From the NCBI RefSeq assembly GCF_009914755.1, contig NC_060925.1: DNA of 64,000 bases. One strand, given 5' to 3'. The DNA comes from the human T2T-CHM13v2.0 reference genome, Homo sapiens. A program made the translations under genes and the position numbers. The notes under the pieces were generated by a model. It searched no databases, was not told where the DNA came from, and saw nothing but the letters and a program-made list of their open reading frames with translations. Of the stretch, positions 14,522 through 32,300 are shown in pieces. Numbering within the stretch: position 1 is the stretch's first letter; every line of letters begins with the position of its first letter.

Positions 14522-17500
14522 TAAAATTAATAAATTAGTCATTGGTTATAAATTTATAATTAAAAAACAAATCAATGACTTGAAATATACTCAATAGTTA
14601 TTCTAAAAACAAAACTTACATTTACCTTTAGATGACAATATATTAAAGCTTTATTGAATGGTTATAAATTTTTGTGGAGAAATTTAATATAACTATTGCT
14701 TGAATCAAATTCACTATGGAACTATTATACTACTGCTCATCAATTTAAGCATGTGATTACATTTAGAGGAAAGTAATATAAATGTATTGAATCTGGACTA
14801 ATTCTATTACATGGCTCCAGTGAGCCTATTTTAATGAAATTTCCATGTGGCTGATAAGTTCTGATGGTTTACGTTTTAGCCTATTCTTAATATAAACTGG
14901 AAAGTTGTCTAAAACCCTGGATAAATCAGACAAGTACAAAAAGTCTAAGAATTTATCTTCTACAAGACTATTGTTTTAAATATGAGAAAGTAAGGCCAGG
15001 AGAAGTTAAATGGCTTGCCCAAGCTGACACACCTGAACTTTGGATGGAGGGACCGGTAGGAGGATAGAGAGGGGAATATATATATTATGCATAATTTCCT
15101 CTAAGTATTATAAACCATTGTAAGCATTATATTTTATTATAGTTATACAGGTAAACATATAAATACTAACATGTTATATAAAGACCTATAGAATATTTCC
15201 ATAAATATGTAAAAACAATTTCTTAACAGTTAAACTATCTTATGAAATCACCATAAACCATGTGGTATCTTAATAAGAACAGAAAGAAAATTAATTAAAA
15301 AAAAGAATCAATGTCCCAGAAACAGAACTCAGAAACATAAAAAACATTACCTTAATAAAGGTAACTTAAAAAAAATGAAAGAGAAAATTAACACTGGTTT
15401 TCATCAGTTGAGGTGACTTTCTTACAAAATAATTCCTTGAAATCACTTGAATAAAAGGGGAAAAAAATCGGTGGTAATCTTTTCTTTCATAATGTCTGAC
15501 CTTATCTCCTTATTACAGAAGCAGTTGAAATATCTTTAGTTTGCATTTCAACCACACAGGAAACAGTTATACTTTCTTTCCAGAACATAGTGTGTGAAAA
15601 CTTCAAGATCTATAACTCACTGAGAAGGGAATGTAGCATAATGCTCTGCTGAACTAGACTAACGTATAGCATGTGATAAAATGGGAACAGTACTGGCACA
15701 ATGCTACCATCTAAAGATTTGCTTAAACCAAGCTTCACTTAATAGTTGAAAAGCTAGATAAAATGCATAGGAGTTCATCATTACCACACACAGGGTATAA
15801 ATACGGCCATCCACTAATGAAACTTCGGGGCAAATAGGGACAAAATTCTTCTCCCCTAAATGATGAGGCTAAAACCAAACCAAACCAAACAAAAACTTAC
15901 GGGTGGTCCACCAAATATTGCCTTGGAGGGAGAGACAGGGCATTTTGCTCATCTAAAACAATATGAAATGATGATATCTCACAAATGTGTATATCTCTGG
16001 ATAATCTGTTTCCAAATCAGGAAATTCTACCCAACTAGTTTGAACTCTCCAAACCACTTCTTTGATGAAAAAGCTCCCCACCTATTCCTTATATTTTATT
16101 GCAAAATTGTTTTATGTAATTTCTTAAATACTTTTTTAAAAAATTAAAGTGAGCTCAAAGAAAATACAAACATTTCCTTCTCCTCCAGTGACAGGGGATC
16201 CTCCCCCTACTGAATTTCCTAGAACCTTGTTTGTACCTCTTACAGTGATCAGCACATTTTCCCTTACGATTATTTGTGTGTGTGTATAAATGAGGCATAT
16301 ATATATCTCCTTTGTAGCTTTTAAGCTAGCTGAGAACAGACAAAAGCCTTATTTATACTTTATTCTCTTCACATCTCACATGTGTTATATACAAAATAAG
16401 CAAATAGCATAAAATAAAACTTATTAGTATTTTAATTAATATTGTATTTTGTACAGATACTATCATAAAGCTTTTTAACTGGTTTCCCTCTCTACTGCAA
16501 TTCACCTTCACTCTGCTCCTTGCAAGATTATTCCAAAACAAAATTCCAATTATATTATTTTCCTACTTAAAATCCTTCAGTGGCTTCCTGCAAGTTCATC
16601 TGCGTGTCATACACGGCTACTGCAATCCCATCCGCTCTCTCATCGCTTGCTGCAGATATCCGAAAGCCTGGCCTTAAGGATCTATGTATCCTTCCTCTGG
16701 GCCTTCACTCTCGACCTGATCCACCAGGCTAATTGCCAGGTATCAACACTCTACTCCAGTCTTTAAACTGCATCACATACTTTAGTGAAACACACTGCAT
16801 AATACTTCACTTATGCCTTCCCTACAGCACTTCTCATATTGCAGAGGGTAAGGAACTGGGGAAAGGTAAACATGGCTATTTTTCCCCCTCTAAATTGTAA
16901 GAAGGTTCCTGGTGATAAAAAGCTAGAAACCACCTGTAAGAATGTTTGCCTAAAAAGCTAAATCCCAGAACTACACATACGGCCTGGACACAGTAAAGTT
17001 CTGGAAAGTGGTAGGAAAGTTTATTCTACTCAAACATGAAACCTGCCTGACAGCCAAGTCATCACTCCATAACCAGCCATCCCTTAGAGATGCATTTCCT
17101 AATTTCAACAAAGCATCCAGAGGAAAATGTTTTAAATGGAAATTATGGTGGTAAACATTCTTAACATCTGAAATTATTTTATTATTTAAAAATCCTCCCA
17201 ATCTTTAGTTCTAAAGTGAAATTATCTACTGTAACATTCTAAGAAAATTTGCAAATAAGAAGGCATTAAATATATCGTTTTGATTTTCTTAATCTGTAAA
17301 AACCAGGAAAAAAGGTATTAAAAGTATGAGAAATTAAAATGTTAGTGCTATTCCTTGCTATTACACTAGTTCATGGAGGATAACCTTAACCTAGTTATTT
17401 AATGTCTTCTCAGCTTTTTTGTGTAAACCAGGCCTTCAACCTGCCTCACAAACATGACCCAAGGAATAGACACTAAGTTCTTCTGAGGAAGATTCAGTGC

Positions 17501-18074
17501 TTGTGAAATGCATGAATTAGATTATGTATCTCCTTGATCTGTCAAAACTGTATTCAGGAAAACAACCAGTCCCTCATATATCACATCACCTCACTCCAGC
17601 CAGAGGGTTGACAGTTGCCTCCACTGGGCTCATCTATCACTCTACCTTGCACACACCTCAAGTGCTGTCCACATCAAGCTGTATCATAATATATATTTAT
17701 ATAACTGACTGCCAAAAAAACCTCCATAAGGAGGAAATTAATGTCTTGTTTTGTGTCTCAGTATCCAGAAAAAAAAAATCACTGAGTTTATCCAGGCAGT
17801 AGAAGGGATTTTTAGGCATATTTTACCAAAGTTAAAAACTGAAAGTCTATTATCTAACAGAAATAGCAATATCCTGAGTACACTGTGAGATTTATATTGT
17901 GACTTTCACTTTTTAAAGTTTTATATGAATATATATCTATACAAGTTATATTGTATAAAGTATACTAGCTGAGCTTTTTGTTCTTGCAACATGGCCTAAA
18001 AAATAGTAATTTCCTAACCATCATCAACTTAATTTTTAAGAACATTAAGAGGAAACATTTTACATCATTGCTGT

Positions 18075-18700
<626 letters not shown>

Positions 18701-18762
18701 CTTAACCCCCAACTAATAATGAGTCCCACTGCATCAGGCCTGATCTTCCTACCCACAGAATT

Positions 18763-19508
18763 TGCTATGGTTTGAAGGTTTGTGTCTTCCTCCCACCCTA
18801 AATTCATAAGTTGAAATCCTAACCCTGAAGGTGATGGTATTAGGAAATGAGGCCTCTTAGGAGGTGATTAGGTCATACGAACAGAGCCTTCATGAATGAA
18901 ATTAGTGACCTTATAAAATAGGCCTGTATTAGTCCGTTCTCACACTGCTATTAAAAAAAAATACTTAAGACTGGTTAATTTATAAAGAAAAGAAGTTTAA
19001 TTGACTCACAGTTCTGCATGGCTGAGGAGGCCTCAGGAAACTTACAATCATGGAGGAAGGTGAAGGGAAAGCAAAAACCTTCTTTACATGGTGTCAGGAA
19101 AAATAAGTGCAAGCAGGGGAAATGCTAGATGCTTATAAAGCCATCAGATCTCATGATAACTCACTTACTATCATGAGAAGAGCATGGGTGAAACTGCCCC
19201 ATGTTCCAATCACTTCCCACCAGGTCTCTCCCTCAACATCTGAGGATTACAATTCAAGATGAGATTTCGGTGGGGACACAAAGCCTAACCATATCAAGGC
19301 CCAAGGGGACTCATTTGCCCTTCCATCTTGTAAGGACACAATGAGAAGGTGCCATCTATAAATCAGGAAACAGGCCCTTACCAGACACCACATCTGCTGG
19401 TATTTTCATCCTGGATTTCCCAGCCTCAAGAACTGTATAAATTCCTGTTGTTTATAAGCTCCCCAGCCTACAGTATTTTGTTATAGCAGCCCAAATCAAC
19501 CAAAACAG
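18763..19508 (+). mobile_element. MaLR LTR (MLT1A/MSTD-like), split by a younger LTR
   Basis: Starts tgctatggtttgaa, ends ...agtattttgttatagcagcccaaatcaaccaaaaca. Confidence 0.78.
18925..19296 (-). mobile_element. THE1D/MSTA-type solo LTR nested in the older MaLR LTR
   Basis: tgtattagtccgttctcacactgct...gtggggacacaaagcctaaccatatca, 372 bp, exact 5-bp TSD aggcc (18920-18924, 19297-19301). Confidence 0.9.
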
Positions 19509-20359
19509 TACTGTTTTGGACTTTTCACTCTGGAGCTTTTAGAACAGTTTTTAGAACATGTAATTCCATATTCTGGAGAAGGGACATGGCCATGGATACA
19601 ACCTCTTTCTTCTCTCCCGTTCCCTATAGAATCTTATTGGTGAGAAGTGACAGAAATTTGTCAACAACCCATTGCAGTTTTGAAGGCAAAGAATTAAAAA
19701 TAAGTAAATCTATGTCATCGCTATTTTAAAACTAAATGTCCATGCCTAAATTACAAATCAATTGTTATAAATTGTTTCCACATAAAGAATTTTGAATGTT
19801 ACTAAATGATGTCAGCTTGATAACAAATTTTACCCTCCAGTCGATATTATGACAAAAAAAAAAAAAACCCTGTAAACACTCAATTTAAAAGAAATAGCTG
19901 GTTTTCTGGGTGGCTGACAGGGCTTTAATGACATAGAAGTGGCCACATCAGCAAAAAGGAAATATTACCTCCTGGTTACCTCTCAACTTTTGTCAACTTC
20001 TCAGCATACCACCACCAAAAATATCTATGGCTTTAGAATTTCTGATCATGCAAATACAATACACACTAAGAAAATTTAAGAAACTGTAAATGCATTGCAT
20101 ACATGACCAAACTGATTTAACTGACAGTAGCTAAAAACAGTGCCTTCATATCTATTTGGAAAGTTGATGCTATGGTGAAATGTTTATCCTGTTTCTTTAC
20201 AGACACCATTGGGGGAAAAAAAACTGTGACCATATGTTCCCTGAGAACCCTTGGCATATTAAATATTAAACATAGAACAACACAACGATATTAAGAATAT
20301 TTAGGGAAACTCTGGCAAATGCTGTGTAATACAGCTAGAGCGACACAGTTAAAAGCCAC

Positions 20360-21280
20360 TCTTAGTTCTATACACAACAGAAATGTGTCCCAAAAGATAT
20401 GTACGCATTCAGCAAAAGATATGTACAGGATGGTCAAGGCAGTATATTTGTAATACTAAAACTTGGAAGCAGAAAAATGGATAAAATATGGTACATTTAT
20501 AAGATGAACAAAATATTGCTGCATGGGACAATGTGGATATGTCTCAAAACATGATATTGAACACAAGATGCCAGACACAAAAGAGTGCATTATGTGTGAT
20601 TCTATTTACGTACACTTAAAAAAAAGAAATCAGAAAAACTAATCTTAGCGTTGAAGGTCAAGATAGAAGTACCTTTGAGGCCTGAGGGAGGGACCAAAGT
20701 GAGATTCTAGGGTGCTGGTAATATCCTATGCTAACTACATAGGAGAGTCAGTTTGTGAATATTCAGTAAGCTGTATAATTATTTAAAGAAGGTACAAACC
20801 AATATTACACTTTAATTTAAAAGTTGAATTTGTATACCCGTATTCAGAGCAGCATTACTCACGATGGCCAAAAGATTAAAGAAACTCAAGTATTCATCAA
20901 TATATAAATGGAAGAACAAAATATGGTGTATACATACAATGGACTATTATTCAACCTTAAATTTCAGGAAGGAAATTCTGCCATATGCTACAACATGGAT
21001 AAACCTAAAAGGCATTATGCTAAGTGAAATAAGCTAGTCACAAGTGCACAAATGTATGATTCTACTTACATGAGGTATCTAGTGTAGTCAAATGCATAGG
21101 TACAAAAAGTAGAATGGTGGCTGTCAATGGCTAGGGGAAGGGGGAATAGGAAATTACTGTTTAATGTTACAGAATCACAGTTTACATTTGGGAAGATGAG
21201 CTCTGGAGATGAATTGTGGTGATGATTGCACAACAATGTGGACACATACTTAATGCTATTGAACTATGTAATTAAAAATA
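20360..21280 (+). mobile_element. Two old L1M (ME/MB-type) 3' fragments
   Basis: ORF2-end and 3'UTR motifs (atatggtgtatacatacaatggactattattca; acattatgctaagtgaaataagc; tctggagatg...ggtgatgattgcacaacaatg). Confidence 0.75.
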
Positions 21281-21295
21281 AATCAAAGAAAAAAT

Positions 21296-21405
21296 GTTAC
21301 ATATATACCATATATGTATATATAAACAGATATGTCACATATAAATATATAACATATATGATATATATGTTATATATGTTACATATATAACATACGTATA
21401 TATAA
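21296..21405. repeat. (TA)-rich low-complexity tract
   Basis: Degenerate TATATG/TATAAC repeats. Confidence 0.85.
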
Positions 21406-21470
21406 ACAGAGATGTATCTCTTGCATCTTTTAAAAACTAATGTAAAAAATTGTTACAAGAATCAACAAGG

Positions 21471-21776
21471 GGCCAGGTGCGGTGGCTGCCTGTAATCTCA
21501 GCACTTTGGGAAGCCGAGGCGGGCAGATCACCTGAGGTCAGGAGTTTAAGACCAGCCTGGCCAACATGGTGAAGCCCCATCTCTACTAAAAAAATACAAA
21601 AATTAGCCAGGCATGGTGGCAGGTGCGTGTAATACCAGCTACTCGCGAGGCTGAGGTAGGAGAATGACTTGAACCCGGGAGTGGAGGTTGCAGTGAGCCA
21701 AGATCGTGCCACTGCACTCCAGTCTGGGTGGCAGAACGAGACTTGGGTCTCAAAAACAAAAACAAAACAAAACAAA
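21471..21776 (+). mobile_element. AluSx/Sz-like with (AAAAC)n tail
   Basis: TSD aagaatcaacaagg (21457-21470, 21777-21790). Confidence 0.93.
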
Positions 21777-21844
21777 AAGAATCAACAAGGGGCTCCCATT
21801 GGCCAAACATAGGACAAGTTGAACTTCAAAAAGAATAATGGGTA

Positions 21845-25814
<3,970 letters not shown>

Positions 25815-25829
25815 AAAGAATTATGAGTA

Positions 25830-27030
25830 CCTTGATAAAAAACACATTGAATATATATAAAGACCCACTAGCTCAGAATGAGACTTAAAACAATAGAAAG
25901 TCTGCCCCTCCCCTCCAAAAAGAAATCAATTAGTCATTACTAGAAATGACATACTCTGAAAATTGGTAATCAAAGGAAAATAATTACCTAACTACTTCTG
26001 CCCTTCCCATATGTATTACACTTTCAGGGTTACCTAGTCGATAAGAAAAGATTCTTCTTTACAAAAGAATTCCAGTCAAAAAATGTTAAAGAACTAATGA
26101 CATTTTTTTAACCACCATTTTGCAAGTCCTAAAAAATTGTTTTAGGCAAAGATTAATAATAAATGACATGATTGATGAAAAGTCAATGAAAAACTTTATA
26201 TTGAAGAGATGATACTGTCACCACCTAAACCCACCGATCAATCTTAGCAAATCTACGTGTGGGGCAACCAGCCATTATTTACCTCTGATGTGGAACAAAA
26301 TGAAGTACACTGCATCGGCTATGATGTATCTTAGCAAAAATAGGTGAATATTAATCTGTTCATGCCTTCAGAGCTAATATTCAATTTTAAGGTATTATAA
26401 TATATAGAGGAACAAGTTAATGACACCATGAGAAAGCAAGACAACAAATACAGAATGTGAAATAGTCTACGAGACAAGTGACCAGGTTTCCTGATCTCGT
26501 TACTACCTAGAGAAAAGGACCACTAAATTAAAAGTGACTCACAGGTAATATTCAAATGCAGTAAGGATCCAAATGGGCTTTGTTTGGATCCTTCTTTGGA
26601 GCCAAGTGTAGAGGAAACATTTTGAGACAATCTAAGAAATCTGAATACGGACTGTATGTTAGATTATAATAAGAAATTGCTCACTTTGTTAGATGTGATA
26701 ATGGCATTCTGACTATTTAGGAAAATCTTTAAAAATTTAAAGATGCATATCAAAGCGTGTAAGGACAAAAACAGCATGATGCCTGGGATTTGCTTTAATA
26801 CTTAGGCAGAATAATAATTATACATTGAATACATGTATCAAAATATCACATTGTACCCTATAAGTATGCACAATTATTATATGCCAATTAAAAATAAAAA
26901 ATATACATTTTTAAAGAATAAAGGGGTATAGTTGAAGCAAATGTGATAACCTAGATAACCGTTGAATCCAGGTGATGGGTACATGACAGTTCATATTCTC
27001 TTTGTGTATGTTTAAAATTTTCCAACATAA
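25830..27030 (+). mobile_element. Old L1MC/MD-type 3'UTR (host of the L1M1 insertion), with a small L1MA 3'-end insert at ~26813-26900
   Basis: Degenerate motifs (tgatgcctgggatttgcttta; gttgaatccaggtgatgggtacatg; atcaaaatatcacattgtaccc). Confidence 0.6.
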
Positions 27031-27996
27031 ATAGTTTTAGACTATTCAAATGATACAGATTATACTTTACATATTTTAGATTATCCATGGATATTAAAAC
27101 ACGTGATTGAAATATTGTCATAAAGAATTGTAGTCAAATTATTCCTTACTTAACAAATAAAGAAAATGAAGACCAGAGAACTTAAGTGGTCTGCTCAAAA
27201 TTACACAGCCATTATTAACAGTCAGCTCATGCTGAGAGTAACAACAACTAGCATTACACTATGGAAGCAGCCCTAATTCCAAACCACAGATTTGGGGGTT
27301 TAGCAAAGGGACTAACTCTCAGTAATTCAATACCTCACCATTTTATTTCAAATTTGTGCTTTGAACATTAAGCATGGTCCTTATGAAACTAATCTGAGAA
27401 CAGTTCTATATGAAAAAATATAGAAATCTATTACATTCTTAACAGTACAGCTAATAAATGTTTTTCTTATGGCCAACCAGCATAGCACAACGATAGCTCT
27501 CACACCCATACAGGCAACAAGAGCCAGCCTGGCACACTGCACTGGGCATTCCTGGTGCCCACACTTGTGTTTTCCCCGGCTTCAGTGGCATGTCAATTGG
27601 TTCATTTACTTTATCTGATGTTACTTTATGTGCTGGTAATAATGTTAATTCATCACAACAGCTAACAAAAGGTACCCAAATCACAGCACGAGAGATGCCA
27701 CACAAGTTCAAGAGCGGGCATTAAGACATACTTCTCAGGAGTTCAAGGTGAATGACACCTTAGAAGTGGTAGCTGAAGAGACTATAATTCAGTGATTTAT
27801 GTAGCAGTCATGGAGAAACTGGCAGAAGTCCTCTGCCCAGGAGTGAGTGACATTAGTTTGCATGAACAAAACCTGAAAGAGACTATGCAGAAACATGTGA
27901 GACTTCAGGTGATTTGATGGGAACAAAGCAATAACTATGCAGTATGATTTACAGAACACAGCTCCATAGGGTCTATGCTGCAAGGACCTGTAAGTA

Positions 27997-28499
27997 TGCT
28001 GGTAGGCTGAATAATAGCCTCCAAAGATGTCCTCATCCCAAACCCTGGAACCAATGAATAATACTTTATTATGGTAAAAGGGATTTTGCAGACATAATTA
28101 AAGATCTCGAGATAGGGAGGTTATACTGGATTACCTGGGTGAGTCCTAAATATAATCACAACTGTCTTTATAAAAAGGAGGCAGAGTAAGATTTGACCAC
28201 AGAACAGGAGAAAGCAATGTTGTGATGGAAACAGACATTACAGTGATGTGATTTGAAGGATAAAGAAGGGGCCACAGGGCAAAGAATCCAGGTGGCCTCT
28301 GGAAGTTGAAGAAAGCAAGAAAATTAATTTCCTCCTTGAAGCCTCTTAAAAAAACTAGTTCTGCCAACATCTTGACTTTAGCCCAGTGAAACTGATTTTG
28401 AACCTTTGGCCTCCAGAGCTGTTAAAATACTGAATTTGGGTTATTATCAGCCACTAAATTTGTCATAATTTGTTACAGCAGCAATAGGAAACTAATACA
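27997..28499 (+). mobile_element. MLT1D-like MaLR solo LTR
   Basis: ggtaggctgaataatagcctccaaagatgtcc...tgttacagcagcaataggaaactaataca, ~500 bp. Confidence 0.85.
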
Positions 28500-29031
28500 T
28501 ATCCCAATGTTAAGGAATATATCTCCCCAATAAATATGCCTATGTATAAGAAATTTATGCCAAATAATGAAACGTGTGTGAATATATTAAAAACCTCTTA
28601 CTATTCCGAGGCCTAAATGACAGTACAGTGTAAATATTTTCTTTCTAAATTATTCAGTTTTGTGGTTATTTTATTGTCTTGTTTTGCTTACAATACTCAT
28701 ATTTGCCAGAGGTTTAGGTTTAATTTGGTTGGTGGTGGTGTGGTGGTTTTTTTGTGTTTTTTTTTTTCCAGTACAAAAGATAACCTTTCTCCAGAAACTA
28801 TTTGGTCCTCCTCTACCCTTTATAAGCAAAGGATATCTTAGACTCATTGCTCTTGAAAATCTGACCATTTCAAATTCTGAATATAAATGTCCTCAGAGTC
28901 CATCTACATTAATTAGCTCACTTCAAGGTTAGCAATTAGAAGGAGAAAAAAAGTTAAAGCTCATCTACCCATTTCCTGCAATTGGATTTGCAAATTCTGT
29001 AAATTTAATTGACATATGAAAATTGAATCTC

Positions 29032-29303
29032 CCCAGCACTTTGGGAGGCCAAGGCAGTAGGATTACTTGAGCCCAGGAGTTAAGAGACCAGCCTGGGGAA
29101 TGCACTGAGACCCCATCTCTACAAAAAAATTTAAAAATTAGCTGAGTATGATGACACACACCCAGTAGTTCCAGCTCCTCAGGAGGCTGAGGTGGGAGGA
29201 TGGCTTGAGCCCAGGAATTCAAGGCTTCAGTGAGCCATGATTGCACCACTCCATGCCAGCCAGGGCAACAAAATGAGACCCTTCTCAAAAAAAAAAAAAA
29301 AAA
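29032..29303 (+). mobile_element. AluJ, 5'-truncated
   Basis: AluJ diagnostics (ggaggatggcttgagcccagga); TSD aaaatt(g/a)aatctc. Confidence 0.88.
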
Positions 29304-32300
29304 AAAATTAAATCTCATTACTTGAAAATTGCGATTTTAAAAAGCATGCTATCTGTAGGTAAAGCAATGTTTCCACAGTCATAAGAGGAGTACAGAAGTT
29401 ACAGTTTCTTCTTTGGCCCTTAGCAGGAGCTTGGCTCACAATAGTGATCAGACCAAAAGATGAAAGCACTACCACTGGTCTCTGGCCAGCTTTGTTGAAT
29501 GCAAAACAGTTTCTGACATTATCAGTGACCATACTCAAAAAGCTGTTTAATTCTAATCCAAGAAATTAGGATTTATTCAAGGAAATTTCAAAAGTGCCTT
29601 CTATTCTTATTATCTTGGAATTATAAGAACTCTATGGTTTATTCTTTAAATAATTATACCCTTTAGAATAAGGATAAATTCTCTATTCTGTGAAATGGCT
29701 AGATGAAAATATTGCAAAACCCAAGACTTTCCTGGATGTCATCTATTAATATTACAACAAGAAACAGATGCACCTCTACTTAGAATCATAAACTCTTCTG
29801 CTGCTAAGAATCCTGAGACTTGTGATCTGGACCAAAACCCTTAGAACAGAGCAGAAGATATATTTTGCCACTCTTTTTCTTCCTGTGAAAACAGAAACAG
29901 AACAAAACAGGCTATGTGTATGTGTGTGTGCATCCTTCATATGTGGAATTGTTTTTTAAGCCATTTAACTAAGATGAGTATTAGCAACAATTACTTAAGA
30001 ATTCCTAAATATTTCAGACAAAGATGTGTCTCCAGGAGGAACGGCTCCTATGAAAAGTATAGTTCTAACCAAAAAAGTATAGTTCTAACAAACACAGGTA
30101 GCTCTGTTAAAAACTGTACCCTTCTTACACATCAAAAGTCTCGAAAAGGAAACTCTTAGTTCCAAAAATAAGTTATGATGAAAACTTAACCACTGAAATT
30201 TTAATTATATGCTGTATTTAGCATTTTCAAATATCACATTCAGAAAATTTCAGACTGAACACACACTCTGGGGAATTTTGTGAATCACTGTGTTGTTATT
30301 AAGAGAAAAGCACATGCTAAACAAAATATAGCGGCACAGCGAGGCAAATGAGAGGAGACGTGCTACAAGAAACAAATTCTTGCACGACCAGGCTATCTGC
30401 AGCTTTGAGGAGAAGAGTTGGTAGTACATGAACCCATCACACACTAGTAACAATAGCCTCTAATTTCCCTCTATCACTTTTCTTCATAAAATATATTCAC
30501 CTCCCACAGATTACGCGAACTGATGGGGCAAGTTTCCGGTTGGCAAACATTCATATCAGCCAATTTGCCAATGAGAACAATTGGCAGTGTTCTACTTTCA
30601 ACATAAATTCCTAAGGTCTTCTCCATTTGGGGGCAATTACAGCTGTAAGATTACAGTTTCCTACAGTTCTCCAAAGCAAAGCAGTTGCTTCTAATTATTC
30701 CTTCATTTTAAAGCAATTAAGCCAAATGTTATTTGATTTCATTCAAGTGAATAAATATTGAGTTCTTCCTAAGATAAACCTCTAGAAAGCCAGAGTTTAC
30801 ACTGCCAGTCAGCAAATAAAATTCACAGTGATAAGGTATATCAAAGAAGTAAATATATAATTCTCCAGGAAGAAAGGAGCAGCAGCACCTACTGCACAGA
30901 GACCACAGGGTCTACTCTCTCCTACAGTGTTACGAGCACTGAAATGTTCAGTGGTTGGAGAAAATGAAAAGCCAGGTCTGACAAATACACAAATTTGGTC
31001 CTCAGTCCCTAAAATTAGAAATAAGTTTCCCCATCAGAATGAGGATGAACATTTCATTCACTCACTTACTCATTGCAGTTACAGAAATGAGTAAGAAACC
31101 ATCCGTGACCTGAATAAGTTCACAGCAAGGTAGGCAGAGGCAAAGGGACAATAGGGTGCAGTGGTGTGCACCATGACAAAGGGGAAGTGCTAGGGAGGCA
31201 CACAGGAGAGGCACCAAAAACAGACAGGCCAACCAAGGCCATTACCTATGCTGTATTTTGCAGAGAAATAGGAGTTAACCAGCAAAGGGAAAGGTGTTCC
31301 TATTACAATGACAAGGAGATGAAAGAAACCATGGTATATCAGGTGATGGTCTAATGGAAGGGAGATAAGGCTCTGAACTACACCGATGACAGAGGCACAC
31401 AGACATCAAAGAGGTGAAAATACCCCATCAGTTGAAGAATTTTGCTTTTCAGTGTGTGAGAGATGAGGACACATTTATGCCCCTTTTGGAAACTTTACTG
31501 AAATTTTATGATTTGGGGAGAAAAGTAAACGTAGGACATTATTACAGTTCCTAGATTTGATGAACTAATAATTTTTAAAATGTGAATTGAGAAGGGAGAG
31601 GAGGGGCTCAAAAATATGAATTGATAGATAAAACATCCTGAAAATACACCCACAATTTTTTTTAGTACTTGGAAAATAAATCTGAAAATAATTTGAATAA
31701 TCAACAATGACTTAATGCAACATGTAACACTTTTGAATAGTGGAAAACCTCTTACAAATTTGAGGAAAGTGCATTTAGCCAATGAAAAATTCTATATTTA
31801 ATATATAAATTAGTTGTGCATAGTGTTAGAATTACAATATAACTAGATTAGAACCAAAAAGGTAAATCAGATTCTGGGTCTGATTTTTAGATTATAAACA
31901 AGAAATCTAAAATCAAACACTAACAGATTTGTCTTACCGAGTTTTTAAAGATATGACAATCTAGAGAAACAACAGTGACAGTAGACAAAAATTACTGCTG
32001 CCCTTTTATTAGCCTTAGTCGGCAACTTCTGTTTTTAATTGTTTTCATTCATTTGCTTAATTGAAACCAAAGCTGGCCAAGTGACTCAAGAATGAGTCAC
32101 AGCTCCCCTCCTGGAGTAGCCACAAGCCTGACTGTGGCATACTGCATGCACTAAGCCTGAATTTCAAGTTGGAGAAGAATGCATGACAAAATGCCAAGGG
32201 CTGCTGACATTGCCAAAGAAGTTGTCAGGACCATAAGGATGTCCTGAGAGTAGAATTCCCTGCACTTCCTTTCCTGGTTGGAATTTATGCACTTATGCCT

